Positions 55,346 through 60,004 of a DNA stretch of 60,004 nucleotides are shown piece after piece (within the stretch, counting starts at the first letter, position 1; each line of letters opens with the position of its first letter). The DNA is from Pseudomonadota bacterium (GTDB lineage Bacteria > Pseudomonadota > Alphaproteobacteria > Rickettsiales > SXRF01): contig CAUJIB010000090.1 of NCBI GenBank assembly GCA_963205245.1, positions 1-60,004 on the forward strand. Reading direction: 5' to 3'. Under the pieces are notes generated by a model. The model was not told where the DNA came from and did no database searches. It saw only the letters and a list, made by a program, of their open reading frames with translations. A program made the position numbers and the translations under genes.

Positions 55346-56107
55346 TTAATTATTGTTTCTGCTAACTGCAAATGGCGAGAAAGCCTGTTGGGTTGGCATG
55401 ATTTCTACACGGTTTATATTTACATGTGGTGGGCGGCATATAGTCCAGAAAATGGTTTCGGCTATATCTTCTGAAGTTAAAGGCTGCATTCCTGCATATA
55501 CATTATCTGCTTTTTGCTTGTCGCCTTTGAAACGGACAGTGGAAAATTCCGTATCGCACATTCCGGGTTCTATATTTGTGATGCGAATATTTTTGCCTAG
55601 GACATCTGCCCGTAAATTCAGGGAAAACTGGGTAACAAAAGCTTTGGTTGCACCATAAACATTACCGCCCGGATAAGGGTAAGTTCCGGCAATGGAACTG
55701 ACATTTACGATATGCCCGTTATTTCTTTCAATCATGGTTGGTAATAAAGCGTGGGTGCAGTGTATAACACCCATGATATTGGTTTGTACCATTTGTTCCA
55801 AGTCATCCTCTGATTGCTGGTCAAAGTTAGACAAACCAAGGGCAAGTCCGGCATTGTTTAGCAATATATCAACTTGTGAAAGGTTTTTTGGCAGGGTTGC
55901 TATAGCAGACTTAACCGCATTCTTATCACGCACATCCAAAGCCGCTATATGAACTTTTTCACCCAATTCTTTTTGCAGTTCTTCCAGCTTTTCTTTCCTG
56001 CGTCCTGTGGCGATTACTTTTGCGCCATTTTTTACAAACAACCTAGCGCAAGCAAGTCCAAAGCCAGAAGTTGCACCTGTAATGAAAATAGTTTTGTTGG
56101 TAAGCAT
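55346..56107 (-). CDS. SDR-family NAD(P)-dependent oxidoreductase (YdfG-like)
   Basis: The start is trimmed to the ATG at 56107 (MLTNKTIFITGATSGFGLA). NNAG and YGATKAF motifs. 253 aa. Confidence 0.88.
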   Translation of the reverse strand: MLTNKTIFITGATSGFGLACARLFVKNGAKVIATGRRKEKLEELQKELGEKVHIAALDVRDKNAVKSAIATLPKNLSQVDILLNNAGLALGLSNFDQQSEDDLEQMVQTNIMGVIHCTHALLPTMIERNNGHIVNVSSIAGTYPYPGGNVYGATKAFVTQFSLNLRADVLGKNIRITNIEPGMCDTEFSTVRFKGDKQKADNVYAGMQPLTSEDIAETIFWTICRPPHVNINRVEIMPTQQAFSPFAVSRNNN

Positions 56108-56195
56108 TTTATGGTCTTTTATTATGTTGATGAGCGGTAGAAAAATTTGTACAACATCAACTATTAACTGACAACATCTAACTAAATAGCCGACC

Positions 56196-56903
56196 ATGCA
56201 CCGCTTTGCCAATCCAGCTAAATTTATGAGTCTTGCAGATAAAATCCTGCCTTGGCTAGCTGCGGTTAGCATTGTTTTCCTTATATTTGGTTTGGCTGAA
56301 GCGTTGTTTATCTCACCGCCGGATTATCAGCAAGGTGACAGTGTACGGATTATGTATGTACATGTGCCGTCAGCTTGGATGTCCATGATGATTTACATGA
56401 TAATTGCAGCCTCTTCTGCCAGTTTTCTAATATGGCGGCATCCGCTGGCGGATATTGCCGCCCGTGCCAGCGCGCCACTGGGAGCTGGTTTTACTCTTAT
56501 TACCCTTATAACCGGCTCACTATGGGGTAAGCCCATGTGGGGAACATGGTGGGAATGGGATGCGCGCCTGACCTCGGTGCTGATATTATTTTTTATGTAT
56601 ATCGGCTATATTGCCCTTTCCGATAGTTATGCTGGACAGGAACGTGGTAAAAAAATCTGTGCTATTATGGCGTTGGTTGGGGTTGTTAATATTCCTGTAA
56701 TCCGTTTTTCAGTGGAATGGTGGAACACCCTGCACCAGCCAGCAAGTGTTATCCGCAGCGGTGGGATAGCAATTGCTAGTGAAATGCTTATACCGCTGTT
56801 CTCTATGGGGTTTGCTTTTACCATGATTTATTTGATTTTATTGCTTTTGCGTATAAAAACTATGCTTTTACAACAAAAAATCCGCAGGTTCAGGCAGCTA
56901 TAA
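56196..56903 (+). CDS. ccmC: heme exporter protein CcmC (cytochrome c maturation)
   Basis: 235 aa, 6 TM helices. WWD motif WGKPMWGTWWEWDARLTS. Confidence 0.92.
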   Translation: MHRFANPAKFMSLADKILPWLAAVSIVFLIFGLAEALFISPPDYQQGDSVRIMYVHVPSAWMSMMIYMIIAASSASFLIWRHPLADIAARASAPLGAGFTLITLITGSLWGKPMWGTWWEWDARLTSVLILFFMYIGYIALSDSYAGQERGKKICAIMALVGVVNIPVIRFSVEWWNTLHQPASVIRSGGIAIASEMLIPLFSMGFAFTMIYLILLLLRIKTMLLQQKIRRFRQL

Positions 56904-56975
56904 TACTAGACAAAAGCTGTTTTTTGCTTTAATCATTTACATCATCTTATTATTCTTTATCTATTGAGGCAAAAA

Positions 56976-57314
56976 ATGACTTTTGTTGTTACAGACGCTT
57001 GTATTAAATGCAAATATACCGATTGTGTTGAGGTATGTCCGGTTGATTGCTTTTATGAAGGCGAGAATATGCTGGTTATCAATCCGGATGAATGTATTGA
57101 TTGCGGTGTTTGTGAGCCTGAATGCCCTGCCGAGGCTATACATCCTGAATCTGACGAGCTGCTTAAATGGGTGGAAGTAAACCGTGAGTATGCTAGCCAA
57201 TGGGCAAATCTTACCGTTAAAAAATCCCCTCCTGATGATGCTGATGAATTCAAGGGGGTGGAAGGTAAATTTGAAAAATTCTTTAGCCCTAATTCCGGCA
57301 GCGGCAATAAATAA
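56976..57314 (+). CDS. fdxA: ferredoxin (7Fe FdxA type)
   Basis: The ATG at 56976 gives [26 protein letters not shown] plus [12 protein letters not shown]. Confidence 0.9.
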   Translation: MTFVVTDACIKCKYTDCVEVCPVDCFYEGENMLVINPDECIDCGVCEPECPAEAIHPESDELLKWVEVNREYASQWANLTVKKSPPDDADEFKGVEGKFEKFFSPNSGSGNK

Positions 57315-57319
57315 CTCTA

Positions 57320-58096
57320 ATGTCACAAAGCACCGACAGAAATTTTCTGGATTTTGCTAATAAACTGGCAAATGCAAGCGGTGATGTGTTGCTGTATTAT
57401 TTTCAAAGCAATATAACTACCACGAAAAAAACTGACCTGAGTCCGGTAACCGAGGCTGATATTGCGGTGGAAACAAAAATTCGTGCGATGATTGCGGAAT
57501 TTTTTCCTGACCATGGCATAGTTGGCGAAGAATTTGGCAATATCAACCCTTCATCACCATACCAATGGGTAATTGATCCTATTGATGGTACTCGTTCTTT
57601 CATTGCCGGTTATCCGATTTTCACTACTTTAATTGCCCTGTTGCATAATGGAAAACCTCTAGTCGGGGTGATAGACCAGCCTGTTTTGAATAACCGCTGG
57701 GCGGCAATAGCTGGTGAGAAGACTTTTTATAATGACTCCCTACTTGCATCATATAATAATAAAATTAATATAGAAAATTCTAATATCGCAACTACGTCAC
57801 TTTCTTATTTTTCTGAAAATGAATTATTCAGGTTCAATATTCTGAAAGAAAAATCTGCGTCGGTAGTTTATGGTGGTGACGGGTATGCTTATGCTATGCT
57901 TGCAAGCGGCAGGTTGGATATTGTGTTGGATGCCAGTATGAAGCCTTATGATTTTTGCGCGCTGATACCCATTATAGAGGGCGCAGGCGGGGCTATAACG
58001 GATTGGCAGGGAAAGGAATTGAACCTTGATTCTGACGGTAGTGTGGTTGCGGCTGCCAATAAGGAATTGCACAGTAAGGTTATAAAATTTTTATAA
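57320..58096 (+). CDS. inositol monophosphatase family protein (possibly histidinol-phosphatase)
   Basis: 258 aa. GEE metal site and WVIDPIDGTRSF. Confidence 0.85.
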   Translation: MSQSTDRNFLDFANKLANASGDVLLYYFQSNITTTKKTDLSPVTEADIAVETKIRAMIAEFFPDHGIVGEEFGNINPSSPYQWVIDPIDGTRSFIAGYPIFTTLIALLHNGKPLVGVIDQPVLNNRWAAIAGEKTFYNDSLLASYNNKINIENSNIATTSLSYFSENELFRFNILKEKSASVVYGGDGYAYAMLASGRLDIVLDASMKPYDFCALIPIIEGAGGAITDWQGKELNLDSDGSVVAAANKELHSKVIKFL

Positions 58097-59083
58097 GTAC
58101 TGGTCTTCTTTAAGCAGGTAATTCTGGACATAATCTTTTACGCCGTCCTGCAATGACATAAACGGGGTTGTATAACCGGCAGCGTGAAGTTTATCTATTT
58201 TTGCTTCCGTGAAATACTGGTATTTTTTTACAAGGTTGGTTGGCATATCAATATAGGTAATGCGTGCATCATGCCCAAGAGCCATAAAAATGGCTTTGGC
58301 CATTTCATTAAAGCTGCTGGCCTTGCCGCTGCCGATGTTAAATAAACCGGAAACCTGTGGGTTATCTAAAAGCCACAACATCACCCGTGATATATCTTTT
58401 ATGTAAATCATATCCCGTTTTTGTCCGCCATCTGGATATTTGCTATTATAAGAACGGAATAGTTTTATGCTGCTATGTTCAATTGCATGCGGCGCAATTT
58501 GTGAAATAACGCTGCGCTGGCTGTCTTTATGATATTCATTGGGGCCGTAAGCATTAAAGAATTTTAGCCCAACCCACTGCGGAGTAGAAATTTGTGAATT
58601 ATGGGCAGCATTTGCTACATGAACGTCAAATAAATGTTTGCTCCAGCCATATCCTGAAAGCGGGTTGAGTGAGCGGAGGTAGAAAATATCCATACTGTCA
58701 TTAAAGCCATTTTCACCACTACCGTAAGTGGCAGCGGCAGAAGCATATATAATCCTTGTAGAATGCTCATTGCACCACTGCCATAATTTTAAGGATAAGC
58801 TGAAATTATTTTTAAGGAGTATATCAACCCTGTCATCCATGGTGGAAGATACAGAACCAAGATGATAGATAATTTCTAGGTTGTTTTTATTTTTTTCTAG
58901 CCAATCAAACAATTCACTAGGCGGTACAATCTCATGTACCGGATGTTTGCTCAGGTTACGCCATTTGTCGCCGATTCCGAATTCATCGCAAACAACAATA
59001 TAATGAGAGCCACGTTTAATTAATTCTGCTACTAAATTAGAGCCTATAAATCCGCCGCCGCCAGTAACAAGAATAGTTTTCAT
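58091..59083 (-). CDS. hldD: ADP-glyceromanno-heptose 6-epimerase-like NAD-dependent epimerase
   Basis: The ATG at 59083 gives MKTILVTGGGGFIGSNL. YGWSKHLFD (YxxxK). Length and pattern are HldD-like. Confidence 0.7.
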   Translation of the reverse strand: MKTILVTGGGGFIGSNLVAELIKRGSHYIVVCDEFGIGDKWRNLSKHPVHEIVPPSELFDWLEKNKNNLEIIYHLGSVSSTMDDRVDILLKNNFSLSLKLWQWCNEHSTRIIYASAAATYGSGENGFNDSMDIFYLRSLNPLSGYGWSKHLFDVHVANAAHNSQISTPQWVGLKFFNAYGPNEYHKDSQRSVISQIAPHAIEHSSIKLFRSYNSKYPDGGQKRDMIYIKDISRVMLWLLDNPQVSGLFNIGSGKASSFNEMAKAIFMALGHDARITYIDMPTNLVKKYQYFTEAKIDKLHAAGYTTPFMSLQDGVKDYVQNYLLKEDQYL

Positions 59084-59161
59084 AAATATAGTCAATAGCT
59101 TGTACAGTTATATACTTTAATTGATTATATATTAAAAACATTAATTAATGGTAAAAAATAC

Positions 59162-60004
59162 TTAAAGTAATTTTTTTCCTAAATCCTCACCTATTTTTAT
59201 ATAATCCGTAGCATTACCGCGTAATTCAGCCTGTTTAAAGCTGCTGCCGTCTGGCTTGGCGATCAGGCCGCGCATAAAAATATTATCATTTTCAATAATC
59301 GCGTATCCTGAAATCGGAGTACGGCATGATCCGTCTAAAATCCGAAGAAAAGCACGCTCGCAATCTACTGCTATTTGTGTGTCTTGATGAGCAAGCGGAG
59401 CAAGTAACTCAAGTATTTTAATATCACGTTTCCTGCATTCAATACCAATTGCCCCTTGTGCTATTGCTGGCAGAAATTCTTCTACCGACAGCACTGCGCC
59501 TTCTATGTCTTTCATAGCAAGGCGGTTAAGCCCAGCTTTTGCTAGCATAGTTGCCTGCACCTCACCTCTTTCAAGTTTAGCAAGGCGGCTTTGTACATTG
59601 CCACGGAAAGGTACAATCTGCACATCAGGTCTGCGGATTTTTATCTGCGCGCCACGGCGCAGTGAAGAAGTGCCAAAAACTGCCCCTTGCGGCAGGTCGG
59701 AAATTCCTTTGATTCCCTTACCTAATAACATATCGCGTGGATCTTCGCGTTCTAACATTGCGCCAATTATCAGTCCGTCAGGAAGTTTGGTCGGCATATC
59801 CTTCATGGAATGAACCGCTATATCAAGCGAACCATCCAGAAGCCCCTCTTCTATTTCCTTGGTAAATAGTCCTTTTCCACCAATATCAGAAAGGGGGTTA
59901 CTTACAAATTTATCCCCACTGGTTATAATATGGACAATTTCTACGCTGATATTTTTCCAGACAGAAAGAAGATGTGACTTTACCTGTTCTGCTTGCGCCA
60001 AAGC
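59162..60004 (-). CDS. hemC: hydroxymethylbilane synthase (porphobilinogen deaminase), N-terminus beyond the window
   Basis: IAVHSMKDMP, GTSSLRR, FRGNVQSRLAKL and DGSCRTPI. The ORF runs off the right edge. Confidence 0.93.
   Translation of the reverse strand, partial: ALAQAEQVKSHLLSVWKNISVEIVHIITSGDKFVSNPLSDIGGKGLFTKEIEEGLLDGSLDIAVHSMKDMPTKLPDGLIIGAMLEREDPRDMLLGKGIKGISDLPQGAVFGTSSLRRGAQIKIRRPDVQIVPFRGNVQSRLAKLERGEVQATMLAKAGLNRLAMKDIEGAVLSVEEFLPAIAQGAIGIECRKRDIKILELLAPLAHQDTQIAVDCERAFLRILDGSCRTPISGYAIIENDNIFMRGLIAKPDGSSFKQAELRGNATDYIKIGEDLGKKLL

Noticed and set aside
56108-56272. 55-codon N-terminal extension of the SDR ORF
   Set aside because: The Rossmann motif TGATSGFG must sit near the N-terminus. 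The extension overlaps the ccmC promoter and start region and has no SDR counterpart.

Overview
This 60-kb window comes from an AT-rich alphaproteobacterium. The evidence for that is CtrA, CcmC, SPOR/RlpA, an RpoH-type groESL promoter and flagellar export genes. The many orphan Gly-zipper and repeat proteins and a eukaryote-like lipase suggest an intracellular or symbiont lifestyle (Rickettsiales/Holosporales-like); that placement is inference only. Most of the window is a housekeeping backbone: hemB, argS, fliIJ, ctrA, an RND efflux pair, aguBA, fliOP, csrA, tsaB, zapE, ispH, erpA, xthA, holB, tmk, rlpA, groESL, mutM, ccmC, fdxA, hldD and hemC. The clear accessory region is a ~9.4-kb phage-like island (24313-33759) integrated into the anticodon-loop/3' half of a tRNA(CAU). 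Both att junctions, a P4-type integrase, phased arm-type repeats and two inverted iteron clusters are present. Its structural gene set is oddly minimal: a putative small terminase, the large terminase, an HK97-type capsid and a tape measure. I saw no portal, protease, tail or lysis genes, and an inverted alpA-repA replication module splits the structural genes. That pattern fits a satellite/PICI-like or GTA-like element, or a very recently decayed prophage. Other items worth a second look:
- a 973-aa GH13 alpha-glucosidase fused to a PfkB sugar kinase
- a 643-aa prepilin-signal protein with a propeller-like body
- a TadV/CpaA-type prepilin peptidase at the end of the fliOP operon
- a glutamine-synthetase catalytic-domain-only ORF
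- a ~40-aa tandem-repeat orphan protein
- REP/RPE-like palindromic elements, one of which encodes the C-terminus of ZapE
All calls rest on reading the ORF translations and DNA by eye. No database search was run.
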